A stretch of DNA of 63,844 bases, filler included, from Psammoneis japonica (lineage: Eukaryota): NCBI GenBank assembly GCA_008632985.1. It is 5 parts of 5 records of this genome, joined end to end, with 100 filler letters (N's around TTAATTAATTAA, not from the genome) between each part and the next. Parts side by side here need not be neighbours in the genome. Positions count along the whole stretch, not along the records: positions 1 to 13,983 come from QPGO01000547.1; positions 14,084 to 27,952 come from QPGO01000501.1; 3 more parts are not named here. One strand, written 5' to 3'. This document shows positions 11,261-25,844 of the stretch, piece by piece. The notes under the pieces were generated by a model. The model was given only the letters and a program-made list of their open reading frames with translations. It had not been told where the DNA came from and searched no databases. The translations under genes and the position numbers were made by a program. Each line of letters begins with the position of its first letter. The first letter of the stretch is position 1.

Positions 11261-13309
11261 GTGCATCACAAAATTGGACCCAACAGCACGGTTTGGGTCA
11301 GGGTTTGGGCAATGGGCAGTGGGCAAAGGCCAAAAAGAAAGGCCAAAGGGAAAGCGAAGCCAAGAAGGGAAAAGGAAACGGAAAAGGGGACAAGGAAGTG
11401 GGAAAGAGGACCACAAATGACATCAAATGCAAATTAATTTAGCTGGTTTTGCAGAAGAAAACACAGATGAATGAACTGCAGAAAAGAGGTGCAATGTGAA
11501 AGATTCAAATGGAGGTTGGAGAGAGCAAGGAAGGAGCTGAAAAAGGAGCTGACAATTCTGAAACAACTGAAGTGTCATCGTTGGTTCCAAGGGCATTGTT
11601 TGCAAGCTGGAGCTGGTCGGTGTTTCCAAACATTTGCGTGGCTAGATGGGAAAGAACCAGACCTTCATGGCGCTCTTGATTGAGTGTCTGAACTGTTGCA
11701 TCATCTGGGCAAATGAAAAGTCTGAAGTGATGGAAGTGATTGAGGAATGTTTGTCCAAGCTCAGCTGTGGGAATGGAGGCAGCTTCTTCTGGAGAAAGCC
11801 CAATCTTGAGGCCAGTGTGGAAGAGATCTTCAAGGCAGGCTGAATCTTCAGATCCAATGGAGAAGCTGTCCAGAGCATCTAACCCACTGATGTTGCCACA
11901 AAGCTGACCAGAGACAAAGTTGTGCAAAGATGAGGCAGGGAAGAAGTGCCTTGCTGGTCCATGCAGACAGTTTGTTTCAGTGTTTCCAACGAGGGAAAAC
12001 CTGATGACAGAGCAGGGAATGGAGTCAACCACTCCTTGTTTGCAGGCTTCAAGGCAGAGCTTGAAAGGAAAGTCATGTTTCAAAGGGCACTTGGACTCCG
12101 ACTGCCAAAATGGGTGGAGAAAAGTGAAGAGCTTGGCTTGAGAAGGAGAGTCTGGACAAAGCTTCTTCTGCTTCTTCCAGAGCTTGCTGAAGCAAGAGGA
12201 GCAATTTTTTCTCATCCTCTTGTCCCATCCAGTGGCATGAACACAATCCATCCATGACATGGAAGACAAGGCCTTGTTGCAGCAGGCAGCGTGCATGTTT
12301 GCTGATGCTGTTTTTTTTTTTGTGTCAAGCGGTGTGATGTTTTGTGAAGTCGAGCATTTTGGAAGTCGTGGGACAGCTCGCACGGTCCACAAGGCATGAG
12401 ATGTGCCAGCAGAAATGCACAGGAAAGCGCGGCAGTTGCATCCGTTGAATGTGATGATGCGCCACGTCAGTGCTGTGTTGCCAAGCAATTGCCATGGGAA
12501 ACAGATGTTGTGCGAATGCAAGAATGTCCTCACATGAGTGCAACACAGTGACATGTTTTGCACACAAAAAACATGTGTGAAAAAACATGTGACGGTTGAA
12601 GGAACCGAACATGTGTTGTGCTCAATGATGTGCACAAAATGAGCGCAGTTTCAACCTTGGAATTGTCCGAATTGAGCTGGAAATTCAGCGGCAATTGAAA
12701 GGAAATTGAGTGCAAAATGATTGGCTCTGAGACAAAACAATGAGTGGCACTGAGATGAGCGCAACAGCACTGCTCTGTTGCAGCTCAAATGGAAGATGTT
12801 GCAGAAGATGGCAGCAGATGAGATTTGCTGCACGAAGCAGCAGCAACGGCGCTGCTGTCATGGCGGCAAAAGCTGTGTGTGGTGCGTGGCTGATGAGAGG
12901 AAAAAGATTCGACACACTGTCTGTTGAAGATGAAAAGAGGCGGCACAGGGACTCAGTTGAGGAGTTTGGAGGCTGAGTGGAGCAGGGGTGGGTGTTTGAC
13001 AAACGGGTTTTGGAAAACAGAGGACAGGCGTGGCTGTTGTTGTTTGTGCAGGGGGCAAGTCAAGAGACGTTCTTTCTGATGTTGGGAGCACCTTCTTTTT
13101 GGCGAAAAGAGCGGATCTTTGAGCTGCAATGTGCGGAGCACAGAAGGAAAGGGCGCGCACAAAGACAAGGCAAGAGCATCTTGCAAACTCGCTGCACGTG
13201 AAAGCACACAATTTGGTTTGCAAACTCATTGCAGAAATCTGCTTTTTGGACAAAACGGAATGTGCGCCGTCAGAGGTGCATGCAAATGCACTGCAGCCGG
13301 GAAACAAGA

Positions 13310-13815
13310 CATCCATGGACAAAAAAACATGGACAAAGTGACGCTTCCAGACAATTTTTGCATTGAGAATTTGCCAGGGAAATGACTCACCCACAGACAA
13401 AGCAACACAGACATTTTGACACTGCCAAACAACAATTTTGTGAGCAAATGGGGAGGGAAATGAAACACCCATGGACAAACTGACACAGACATTGTGACAC
13501 CGCCAAACAAAAATTTTGTGAGCAAATGGGGAGGGAAATGACACATCCATGGACAAAAAGACACAGACATTCAGACACCGCCAAACAAAAATTTTGTAAG
13601 CACATGGGAAGGTAAGTGACACACCCACGGACAAACTAACAAAGACAAACTGACACCGCCAAACAAAAATTTTGTGAGCATGTGAAGAGGGAAATGACAC
13701 ACCCACGGACAAACTAACAAAAACAAACTGACACCGCCAAACAAAAATTTTGTGAGCAAATGAGGAGGGAAATGACACACCCACGGACAAACTAACACAG
13801 ATAAACTGACACAGA
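13310..13815 (+). repeat. 78-bp minisatellite, about 6 units
   Basis: GACAC(C/T)GCCAAAC anchor at 13418, 13496, 13574, 13652 and 13730 (period 78). Confidence 0.9.
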
Positions 13816-13983
13816 TGCTGTAAAAGCTCATAACCTAATTGAACAAGCCGAGAACTTTTAGGTCCACAACCCATTTGATGCAAAAGCTCACAAACTGTTT
13901 GACATGTGTGCAACATGCACATGTGTGTGTGTGTCACATGTGGTGCATTTGGGATGGGAGGGTTTGGGCTTGGGTCATGAGTG

Positions 13984-14083
13984 NNNNNNNNNNNNNNNNN
14001 NNNNNNNNNNNNNNNNNNNNNNNNNNNTTAATTAATTAANNNNNNNNNNNNNNNNNNNNNNNNNNNNNNNNNNNNNNNNNNNN
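13984..14083. other. Artificial contig linker
   Basis: 44 N + TTAATTAATTAA (stops in all frames) + 44 N. Confidence 0.98.
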
Positions 14084-17000
14084 GTGATCATGACGACGAC
14101 GATGATGACGTTGATCACCTTTTGGACCCGAGGGCTGGACATGTTCTGGCTGGGTGTCAAGTGCACATGCCCGCGATTCAAAACTGGACCAGAGACCTGA
14201 ATCGCTCCAATTGGGCAGGGCATTGGGATCTCCCGGTGCTCGTAGAGTCCCTTTTGTTGGGGTGATTCGGCACAGGTGCAGTCAAATCGCAACAGCATCA
14301 GTTTGTCTAAATTGATCAATGAAATGGAGGACATCATGACCCACGCCCTCGACCAGATGGTGACTTTCGACGAGAGGGGTGTTCGTTTTGAAGGTCACTG
14401 CACCATTGCGGGAAACACATTGGACTGCCTTCTCCAACAATCAGAGTGTCACAATGACAGCAATTCCATCGCTGCCACGGCACCAGACTGGCCATCTCTG
14501 TTCAATCCCATGGGGGCAATCCGAGTGGCCCAGGAAAGCCAAGTCAGGAACTGCTGTGAATCACTCCGCGAACGATGTTTCCCTTGTCTTTGAAAGCTTG
14601 CTTCATGTGATCTCGGTTCGACCGACGACACCATCGAACAAGTGGATGTTCATTCTTCAGCGCTGAAGCCAGGACTGCCATTTGTTCCAAAGCTGAGCTT
14701 GCAGTCCTGCTCTGCTGGCTGGGTTTCTCACCCCAAAAATCCTCGAGAATGCACTGAAGGACGTGATGAGTGGACCGTGCGACGTTCCCGTGCATTGCCA
14801 AACAGAACTTTCACAAGAGGAAAAGCTTTGGACCTGTTGTGGATGTGGGGTTGACCCAAAATTGTTGCCTCTGAAAGCTGCCAACACAATCCGACTCAAT
14901 GAATGGTCCAACATTGCCATCAAAACACAGTCGCACTCAAGAATCAAGGCGGTGCTTCTGTCCACTGCCATGACATGTCCGCTTCAGCATGTGGAGCACA
15001 GCGGCAGGATCAAACACCTTCTCATCCACAGCAGCAACTCCGACAACACCGACCTGGCAGAAAACGTCAATCTTGCAGTCCGACCCGATTGTGGTTTGTT
15101 CAAAGAACCCAATCTTGATGTTCTCATGACCCGGTCTTCCGAGTCAATCCAATGTCTTGTTTCACAACTGCGCACGGTTGTTGCCCACATGTGTGACAAG
15201 GAATGGCATTGCAAGCTTGTTGCTTCGAAATCTTCCGCCGGCAGTGGTGCACCCCGGGAATGGCCAAACGTGTTGACAGATTATTTGCAGTTTCCAACGA
15301 CTCTTTCCGACGCCCTCGAGTTCATGTCCCGGAACCAACAGTCCACTTGTTTCAAGCACTGCTCCCATGCTGTTGTGAGAGAATGTGAGTTTTTTGTCAT
15401 TCCCTGTCCTCCACCAAATCGATGCACCACTGTCTCAATTCCGCAACCGTGGTCGCACCATGGACAGATGACCGCCGGATCGACACCACACCACACCGAT
15501 CCGCCATTTGTTGACAGACAGACTGCTCCATCATCGATGCCCTGTGTGTCACACTGACCACTGCCAAATCGAAACTTCGCTGTCTCGATGGGGCAACCGT
15601 GGCTGCACCATGGACAGACGACCGCCAGATCGATGCCACACTGCACCGATCCGGCATTTGTCGACGGACAGACTGCTGCATCATCGATGCGCTGTGCATG
15701 TCGCACCGATTTGTTGGCTGGCACTCATCATTTCCAATAATTTCTTTCGCTGACACCCCTGTTGTTCCTTTCATTTTCATCAATTGATTCACTGTTGTGA
15801 TGTTTTTGGCGTGGTCAACAGCCCAGTTGGTTGAGCTGTGCTTTGGTCCTTGAGATGCCAGTGACAGAGGGTGGAAAAAAAGTCCAAGCACAAACCCATG
15901 TTGGTTTGTGGAGGGTTTTCTCAACCAACTGAGGAAAAAGATTGTGGGTGGTGGTTCAAATGTGGATTTCCATCATCCATTGTCTGACTGCATGCGTCGA
16001 AAGATTTTCTCTGATGTGTTTGTCAGTCGCTGTCCTGTTGTTGCTGAAGGTGCAGACCGCTCCCCTCCCGCTGTTTGGAACACCCAAGGTTCCAGGATGA
16101 TGCGTCACTCGGGAGAGTTTAAATCCATGCACATTCCTCCAGGCGGGACTCCGCCTGCTCTCGCCCCAGATTCCTTGGTGGGTCCCCTCAGCAGCGACCG
16201 TGATTTGCTGAATTTGAGACAATTTGTCAACCGCGACATGCTCTGGGCTTGTCTTGTGGACAAAGCTCACTGTGATTTTCCCAAGCAGATCAACGTCAGT
16301 CAAATCATCGGTCGCACGGTATGTGTCGCATGTTCTCTTGTGGAAATGAGGAGGAGAAGGGCAGGGGAAAATTGGTCATGGGCCAAGCAATGAAAAGAGC
16401 ATGTGACATGAGCTTGTCTCCAGGAATTGAGCTGCTCCATTTTTTCGACTCAAAAGCAAAATGCTTGGCGTTTGTGAAGAACACCATTGGCACTCTCTGC
16501 GCAAAGAAGATTCAGGATGAAACACAACCTGAAATTGTGTTGCATCCACTTGGCATGGACAACAGCCTCCTGGCCACCTGGAGGTGCATTCTCCGCAACA
16601 GTGGAGAACCCAATGACATGTTTGGGTTTGTTCGAACTGGTCGAGACAACTCCGGCGCAGCAGTCTCTGGACCTGATGTTTTGGTCAAGGGCGGCAATTC
16701 CGACGATGAAACAAGGTTGATGGAGGAGCACATTCAAGGAGGTGACAATGTGTCCATGCTGAAGTTGGCCGCAAAGGGTGTTCTCACGGATGCAGTTTTG
16801 GAAAAACTGAGTGTGATCCGAACCTCTTGGACAAACAACCACATTGATGTTGCCCGTGCCCTCAAGCAAAGGGAGTCGGACAGTTCTTGCCCTTCCCCCG
16901 CACGCAATGCCAACCAGGTTTTGCTCCGCAATCTTTGGGGCAAGCAAAGCAACGAGACTCAGTTGAAGAATGCCCAGATCTAGTTGGCGTGTGGCAGCGC

Positions 17001-20000
17001 GCCCTTTTTGTGTTTGTGTTGAAGCTGCCAGCCACCGAATCCATTCCCGAAATCATTTTTGTGCTCATGACCCACTCGACATGCCACACCAACCAACTGA
17101 TTTTCACGCAATGTCAATCTGGTTGCATGTTGAAGCAGCATGATTTTGGATTTTCATGGCAAGCCCCTCTTCCCCCACATTTTGTGAATTTTGTCACAGC
17201 CTCACAAATTTTCCATTTTGGCTTTTGTCAAACGATGCTGCAGCAGCTGGAGCAATTGACTTTTGCTTTTTTGAAAGCACGTTGATCACAAGGGAATTGT
17301 CAGATTCGACGCCGCGACCAACGACCATGATGACTGATGACACGACCCCCACATGGCTTTGTGACAAGACCTCGGTGGCCGCAAGCTCATTTGGTGAAAA
17401 CAAGCACAACCCAACAGGAACACCTAAACAGTCGTGCACAAAATCAGCTTTCCCCCAGCTTCCGATGCCTGACAACATTTCCACAGGGCACATTTTGCTT
17501 GCAACGAGCCGCTCCTGCGATGACAAAATTGTTTCTGTCGGCCAACAGATGCACGACAAGACAGGAGACTCGTTGTCCGGTTTTCAACTGCCTGGCAACA
17601 TTTCCACAGGGCACATTTTGCTTGCAACGAGCCGCTCCTGCGATGACAAAATTGTTTCTGTTGGCCAACAGATGCACAACAAGACAGGAGACTCGTTGTC
17701 CGGTTTTCAACTTTGTGTGCCCGCGGTTCGAAACCAAGCCAATGATGTCACCCAGACGCAGATGGCGTGGTCTCGGCAAGCGCTTTGGGGTCTCGTCGAT
17801 TGCATTGAAAGATCATCAATGTCCAGCTTGGCATTTTACCGCCCAGCTCTCATTTTGTCCCTGGTTGCTGACAACGGAAATCCTCATTGTTTTTTTTTTT
17901 CCGTCACCCCAGATTGACATGGAAGCCTGTCAATTCCTTGTTTTTTGTTCACTCGACAGTTCTGCGACTTTGTGCAATGCTCCAAGCTAAATTGGTGTGG
18001 GACCGCACCGATTTCTCCATGGAGTGGAAATGATGCCATCCATGTCCCCTTGGTTTTTTCCAAATTGGCTGCCCCGCTTTCTTCTCCAGCTCCAACCCCG
18101 CTTTCTTCTCCGGCTCCAAGCAATGACGGTGCTCTGCAGCACCGATTTTGCTTTTGTCAAACCAACGTGTCACACGTCTCCTCGATCCCACTTTTTGCGA
18201 TTGATTTGCTGCGTCACTGTTTTTTTCACTTGAAGTCATGAGATGCCACTTGTCTTGTTGAAGCAGGAAGATGTCGGATTTTTGAGGGAACCTGTTTGCC
18301 ACTTGTCCACCATCATGTCACACTTCTCACAATTTCCAACATTTGGCTTTTCACAACACGAACGGATTTGCCGCATGTCTTGTCTCACGGACACTGACCC
18401 CTCTTGGAAAAGGGAACTCAGTGAAGTTTCTGAGTTGGTTCATGAGTTGACAGCAAATCGAACAACCATGAGGCCCGGCTTCATGAAAACCGCACTTCTT
18501 GGAAGCAATGAGGTTGTTGAGGAAGGCAAGATTTGTGAAATGATGAAAGACCTCATGGGTCTTGGAACAAAGTCTTCATGGGGCCTGTGTGGAACACAAG
18601 TCCAAATGCTCTGACGACGAATGCAAAGCATGTCTCGCTCAGGTCTCCTTGTCAATTTGCATTGCGTGCCAACTGACCAAACATGCTTTGAACACAGGGG
18701 AGGTTCTGTTTGGTTCTTTGTTTGGACAGATTCACCCGCATCTTGTCAAATTTTTTTTCCCAGCGGTCCTTTTTTTGGGAAGGTGAGATTCTTTGTCATG
18801 CGCCACGTTTTCATTTCCTTGGAGGCAATCCTGACTTCTTTTTTGCACCCCCTCATTTAGACAGAAAATGTCTCTGAACAAAAGCAACATCTTTTTCTGC
18901 AACACCCAGCATGCTGAATCTCAAGATTCAGCCGAAGATTCATCCGGGGCCAATGTCTCCAAAAAAAGGAAAGCCGCCAGTGACGAGGTGGTGTCTGACT
19001 TGTTGTTTTGCAAAAAGGCCATGGTGGAGGAAACTTGCCAAGAGTGTGTCTCATTGGCGATGGAGTTTGATCTTTCCGACTGCAACATCCTCACAAGCCG
19101 CTCTTCCAACGAGAACGTCTGTCACTTCTTCCTCTTCAGCAACTCTGACTCTGACGATGACTCCGCCGTTGAAGACACGCGCTGCAGTGTGCAAATTGTT
19201 GCCTCTCTCGGGACGCCAACTCCTCACAGATCAAGTCGGTCCCACCACAGATCAAAAAAATTTTGGGAGCCCATTTTCCAGAATCTTTCTTCAACTGTGC
19301 TTCAATTTGCAAAAGGCCAGTCAAACTCCACTCCCCATCGATTTGGCCCTTGTTTTGCCCACCAATTTTCCGTTGCAAGCTGCAAGCTTCTTCGTGATGC
19401 TGTTGATGCCGGCAGCACCATGGAGCCGCCAGAAGCAACCAGCGGCACTGCGGTGCATGGGCTTCCCAGTCGCAGTGACTCAAAACGGCACCCGCTGCCT
19501 CTGCCAGCCGATGTTGATGAACCCAAGTGGGAGCCTGGGGGCATCCTCGTCACTCAAAAGGGTGCGGCTCTTGCCACCACAAATGCCTTGACCGGTGCAC
19601 GGGGGTCAGAAGTGGGTGGGATTGACGGAATTTGTTCATTCCATGCTTCCAGCTGGTGGTTCGACAACAACAAAAAGCACTTCAGGGATGCCAGCAGACA
19701 AAGGGATCTCCTGGTTGAATTCGAGTTGTTCGCCAAAGCTTGCCCCACCGTTTTGCCAGCACCGACCATGCAGAAAATGATGCTTGAATCATGGACAACC
19801 AAGCACAAGGAGCCCGTTGCAGCAGAAAAATTGTCCATTCTGCCCGCTCAGCCAAACGATGGCCAGATTGAGGACATGTTGGACCAGGATGTTGAAGCCA
19901 CTGGACACCCCGCCGATGGCAACGTTTCAGATGAGGATTGTGTTCCGGAAGCCGCTGATTCCCTGCACATCCTGGATGAATGGGAAGCCCTTGGGCGTGG

Positions 20001-23000
20001 TTTCAAGGGCAGTCAATGTTCTCAGCTAGTCACGAAAGAAAAGTTTGGCAACATCTCAACAGGTCACATTGTCACAAAAACATGCCACCTGCGTGATCAT
20101 GACGACGACGATGATGACGTCGATCACCTTTTGGACCCGAGGGCTGGACATGTTCTGGCTGGGTGTCAAGTGCACATGCCCGCGATTCAAAACTGGACCA
20201 GAGACCTGAATCGCTCCAATTGGGGCAGGGCATTTGGGAGTCTCCCGGTGCTCGTAGAGTCCCTTTTGTTGGGTGATTCGGCACAGGTGCAGTCAAATCG
20301 CAACAGCATCAGTTTGTCTAAATTGATCAATGAAATGGAGGACATCATGACCCACGCCCTCGACCAGATGGTGACTTTTGACGAGAGGGGTGTTCGTTTT
20401 GAAGGTCACTGCACCATTGCGGGAAACACATTGGACTGCCTTCTCCAACAATCAGAGTGTCACAATGACAGCGATTCCATCGCTGCCACGGCACCAGACT
20501 GGCCATCTCTGTTCAATCCCATGGGGGCAATCCGAGTGGCCCAGGAAAGCCAAGTCAGGAACTGCTGTGAATCACTCCGTGAACGATGTTTCCCTTGTCT
20601 TTGAAAGCTTGCTTCATGTGATCTCGGTTCGACCGACGACACCATCGAACAAGTGGATGTTCATTCCTTCAGCGCTGAAGCCAGGACTGCCATTTGTTCC
20701 AAAGCTGAGCTTGCAGTCCTGCTCTGCTGGCTGGGTTTCTTCACCCCAAAAATCCTCGAGAATGCACTGAAGGACGTGATGAGTGGACCGTGCGACGTTC
20801 CCGTGCATTGCCAAACAGAACTTTCACAAGAGGAAAAGCTTTGGACCTGTTGTGGATGTGGGGTTGACCCAAAATTGTTGCCTCTGAAAGCTGCCAACAC
20901 AATCCGTCTCAATGAATGGTCCAACATTGCCATCAAAACACAGTCGCACTCAAGAATCAAGGCGGTGCTTCTGTCCACTGCCATGACATGTCTGCTTCAG
21001 CATGTGGAGCACAGCGGCAGGATCAAACACCTTCTCATCCACAGCAGCAACTCCGACAACACCGACCTGGCAGAAAACGTCAATCTTGCAGTCTGACCCG
21101 ATTGTGGTTTGTTCAAAGAACCCAATCTTGATGTTCTCATGACCCGGTCTTCCGAGTCAATCCAATGTCTTGTTTCACAACTGCGCACGGTTGTTGCCCA
21201 CATGTGTGACAAGGAATGGCATTGCAAGCTTGTTGCTTCGAAATCTTCCGCCGGCAGTGGTGCACCCCGGGAATGGCCAAACGTGTTGACAGATTTTTTG
21301 CAGTTTCCAACGACTCTTTCCGACGCCCTCGAGTTCATGTCCCGGAACCAACAGCCCACTTGTTTCAAGCACTGCTCCCATGCTGTTGTGAGAGAATGTG
21401 AGTTTTTTGTCATTCCCTGTCCTCCACCAAATCGATGCACCACTGTCTCAATTCCACAACCGTGGTCGCACCATGGACAGATGACCGCCGGATCGACACC
21501 ACACCACACCGATCCGCCATTTGTTGACAGACAGACTGCTCCATCATCGATGCCCTGTGTGTCACACCGACCACTGCCAAATCGAAACTTCGCTGTCTCG
21601 ATGGGGCAACCGTGGCTGCACCATGGACAGACGACCGCCAGATCGATGCCACACTGCACCGATCCGGCATTTGTCGATGGACAGACCGCTGCATCATCGA
21701 TGCGCTGTGCATGTCGCACCGATTTGTTGGCTGGCACTCATCATTTCCAATTAATTTCTTTCGCTGACACCCCTGTTGTTCCTTTCATTTTCATCAATTG
21801 ATTCACTGTTGTGATGTTTTTGGCATGGTCAACAGCCCAGTTGGTTGAGCTGTGCTTTGGTCCTTGAGATGCCAGTGACAGAGGGTGGAAAAAAAGTCCA
21901 AGCACAAACCCATGTTGGTTTGTGGAGGGTTTTCTCAACCAACTGAGGAAAAAGATTGTGGGTGGTGGTTCAAATGTGGATTTCCATCATCCATTGTCTG
22001 ACTGCATGCGTTGAAAGATTTTCTCTGATGTGTTTGTCAGTCGCTGTCCTGTTGTTGCTGAAGGTGCAGACCGCTCCCCTCCCGCTGTTTGGAACACCCA
22101 AGGTTCCAGGATGATGCGTCACTCGGGAGAGTTTAAATCCATGCACATTCCTCCAGGCGGGACTCCGCCTGCTCTCGCCCCAGATTCCTTGGTGGGTCCC
22201 CTCAGCAGCGACCGTGATTTGCTGAATTTGAGACAATTTGTCAACCGCGACATGCTCTGGGCTTGTCTTGTGGACAAAGCTCACTGTGATTTTCCCAAGC
22301 AGATCAACGTCAGTCAAATCATCGTCGCACGGTGTGTCGCATGTTCTCTTGTGGAAATGAGGAGGGAGAAGGGCAGGGGAAAATTGGTCATGGGCCAAGC
22401 AATGAAAAGAGCATGTGACATGAGCTTGTCTCCAGGAATTGAGCTGCTCCATTTTTTCGACTCAAAAGCAAAATGCTTGGCGTTTGTGAAGAACACCATT
22501 GGCACTCTCTGCGCAAAGAAGATTCAGGATGAAACACAACCTGAAATTGTGTTGCATCCACTTGGCATGGACAACAGCCTCCTGGCCACCTGGAGGTGCA
22601 TTCTCCGCAACAGTGGAGAACCCAATGACATGTTTGGGTTTGTTCGAACTGGTCGAGACAACTCCGGCGCAGCAGTCTCTGGACCTGATGTTTTGGTCAA
22701 GGGCGGCAATTCCGACGATGAAACAAGGTTGATGGAGGAGCACATTCAAGGAGGAGACAATGTGTCCATGCTGAAGTTGGCCGCAAAGGGTGTTCTCACG
22801 GATGCAGTTTTGGAAAAACTGAGTGTGATCCGAACCTCTTGGACAAACAACCACATTGATGTTGCCCGTGCCCTCAAGCAAAGGGAGTCGGACAGTTCTT
22901 GCCCTTCCCCCGCACGCAATGCCAACCAGGTTTTGCTCCGCAATCTTTGGGGCAAGCAAAGCAACGAGACTCAGTTGAAGAATGCCCAGATCTAGTTGGC

Positions 23001-25844
23001 GTGTGGCAGCGTGCCCTTTTTGTGTTTGTGTTGAAGCTGCCAGCCACCGAATCCATTCCCGAAATCATTTTTGTGCTCATGACCCACTCGACATGCCACA
23101 CCAACCAACTGATTTTCACGCAATGTCAATCTGGTTGCATGTTGAAACAGCATGATTTTGGATTTTCATGGCAAGCCCCTCTTCCCCCACATTTTGTGAA
23201 TTTTGTCACAGCCTCAAAAATTTTCCATTTTGGCTTTTGTCAAATGACGCTGCAGCAGCTGGAGCAGTTGACTTTTGCTTTTTTGAAAGCACGTTGATCA
23301 CAAGGGAATTGTCAGATTCGACGCCGCGACCAATGACCATGATGACTGATGACATGACCCCCACATGGCTTTGTGACAAGACCTCGGTGGCCGCAAGCTC
23401 ATTTGGTGAAAACAAGCACAACCCAACAGGAACACCCAAACAGTCGTGCACAAAATCAGCTTTCCCCCAGCTTCCGATGCCTGACAACATTTCCACAGGG
23501 CACATTTTGCTTGCAACGAGCCGCTCCTGCGATGACAAAATTGTTTCTGTCGGCCAACAGATGCACGACAAGACAGGAGACTCGTTGTCTGGTTTTCAAC
23601 TGCCTGGCAACATTTCCACAGGGCACATTTTGCTTGCAATGAGCCGCTCCTGCGATGACAAAATTGTTTCTGTCGGCCAACAGATGCACAACAAGACAGG
23701 AGACTCGTTGTCCGGTTTTCAACTTTGTGTGCCCGCGGTTCGAAACCAAGCCAATGATGTCACCCAGACGCAGATGGCGTGGTCTCGGCAAGTGCTTTGG
23801 GGTCTCGTCGATTGCATTGAAAGATCATCAATGTCCAGCTTGGCATTTTACAGCCCAGCTCTCATTTTGTCCCTGGTTGCTGACAACGGAAATCCTCCTT
23901 GTTTTTTTTTTTTCCGTCACCCCAGATTGACATGGAAGCCTGTCAATTCCTTGGTTTTTTGTTCACTCGACAGTTCTGCGACTTTGTGCAATGCTCCAAG
24001 CTAAATTGGTGCGGGACCGCACCGATTTCTCCATGGAGTGGAAATGATGCCATCCATGTCCCCTTGGTTTTTTTCCAAATTGGCTGCCCCGCTTTCTTCT
24101 CCAGCTCCAACCCCGCTTTCTTCTCCGGCTCCAAGCAATGACGGTGCTCTGCAGCACCGATTTTGCTTTTGTCAAACCAACGTGTCACACGTCTCCTCGA
24201 TCCCACTTTTTGCGATTGATTTGCTGCGTCACTGTTTTTTTCACTTGAAGTCATGAGATGCCACTTGTCTTGTTGAAGCAGGAAGATGTCGGATTTTTGA
24301 GGGAACCTGTTTGCCACTTGTCCACCATCATGTCACACTTCTCACAATTTCCAACATTTGGCTTTTCACAACACGAACGGATTTGCCGCATGTCTTGTCT
24401 CACGGACACTGACCCCTCTTGGAAAAGGGAACTCAGTGAAGTTTCTGAGTTGGTTCATGAGTTGACAGCAAATCGAACAACCATGAGGCCCGGCTTCATG
24501 AAAACTGCACTTCTTGGAAGCAATGAGGTTGTTGAGGAAGGCGAGATTTGTGAAATGATGAAAGACCTCATGGGTCTTGGAACAAAGTCTTCATGGGCCT
24601 GTGTGGAACACAAGTCCAAATGCTCTGACGACGAATGCAAAGCATGTCTCGCTCAGGTCTCCTTGTCAATTTGCATTGCGTGCCAACTGACCAAACATGC
24701 TTTGAACACAGGGAGGTTCTGTTTGGTTCTTTGTTTGGACAGATTCACCCGCATCTTGTCAAATTTTTTTTCCCAGCGGTCCTTTTTTGGGAAGGTGAGA
24801 TTCTTTGTCATGCGCCACGTTTTCATTTCCTTGGAGGCAATCCTGACTTCTTTTTTGCACCCCCTCATTTAGACAGAAAATGTCTCTGAACAAAAGCAAC
24901 ATCTTTTTCTGCAACACCCAGCATGCTGAATCTCAAGATTCAGCCGAAGATTCATCCGGGGCCAATGTCTCCAAAAAAAGGAAAGCCGACAGTGACGAGG
25001 TGGTGTCTGACTTGTTGTTTTGCAAAAAGGCCATGGTGGAGGAAACTTGCCAAGAGTGTGTCTCATTGGCGATGGAGTTTGATCTTTCCGACTGCAACAT
25101 CCTCGCAAGCCGCTCTTCCAACGAGAACGTCTGTCACTTCTTCCTCTTCAGCAACTCTGACTCTGACGATGACTCCGCCGTTTGAAGACACGCGCTGCAG
25201 TGTGCAAATTGTTGCCTCTCTCGGGACGCCAACTCCTCACAGATCAAGTCGGTCCCACCACAGATCAAAAAAATTTTGGGAGCCCATTTTCCAGAATCTT
25301 TCTTCAACTGTGCTTCAATTTGCAAAAGGCCAGTCAAACTCCACTCCCCATCGATTTGGCCCTTGTTTTGCCCACCAATTTTCCGTTGCAAGCTGCAAGC
25401 TTCTTCGTGATGCTGTTGATGCCGGCAGCACCATGGAGCCGCCAGAAGCAACCAGCGGCACTGCGGTGCATGGGCTTCCCAGTCGCAGTGACTCAAAACG
25501 GCACCCGCTGCCTCTGCCAGCCGATGTTGATGAACCCAAGTGGGAGCCTGGGGGCATCCTCGTCACTCAAAAGGGTGCGGCTCTTGCCACCACAAATGCC
25601 TTGACCGGTGCACGGGGGTCAGAAGTGGGTGGGATTGACGGAATTTGTTCATTCCATGCTTCCAGCTGGTGGTTCGACAACAACAAAAAGCACTTCAGGG
25701 ATGCCAGCAGACAAAGGGATCTCCTGGTCGAATTCGAGTTGTTCGCCAAAGCTTGCCCCACCATTTTGCCAGCACCGACCATGCAGAAAATGATGCTTGA
25801 ATCATGGACAACCAAGCACAAGGAGCCCGTTGCAGCAGAAAAAT
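14084..25844 (+). repeat. ~6.01-kb near-identical tandem duplication
   Basis: 14084 matches 20093 and 19831 matches 25844 (offset 6009-6013). The junction at 19831/19832 creates the chimeric 578-aa ORF 18868-20604. Confidence 0.95.

Larger units (their letters stand above)
1..13983. other. TpA-erased (hypermutated) repeat/transposon domain, contig 1
   Basis: Only 1 TA in nt 1-660 by hand count (at 554). ORFs are nearly Tyr-free and Cys/His-rich. TA partly survives at ~8540-8610 and ~13590-13860. Confidence 0.93.

Noticed and set aside
13310..13815. Possible CRISPR array
   Set aside because: Whole 78-bp units are homologous with no unique spacers, no cas genes are present, and the context is eukaryotic.
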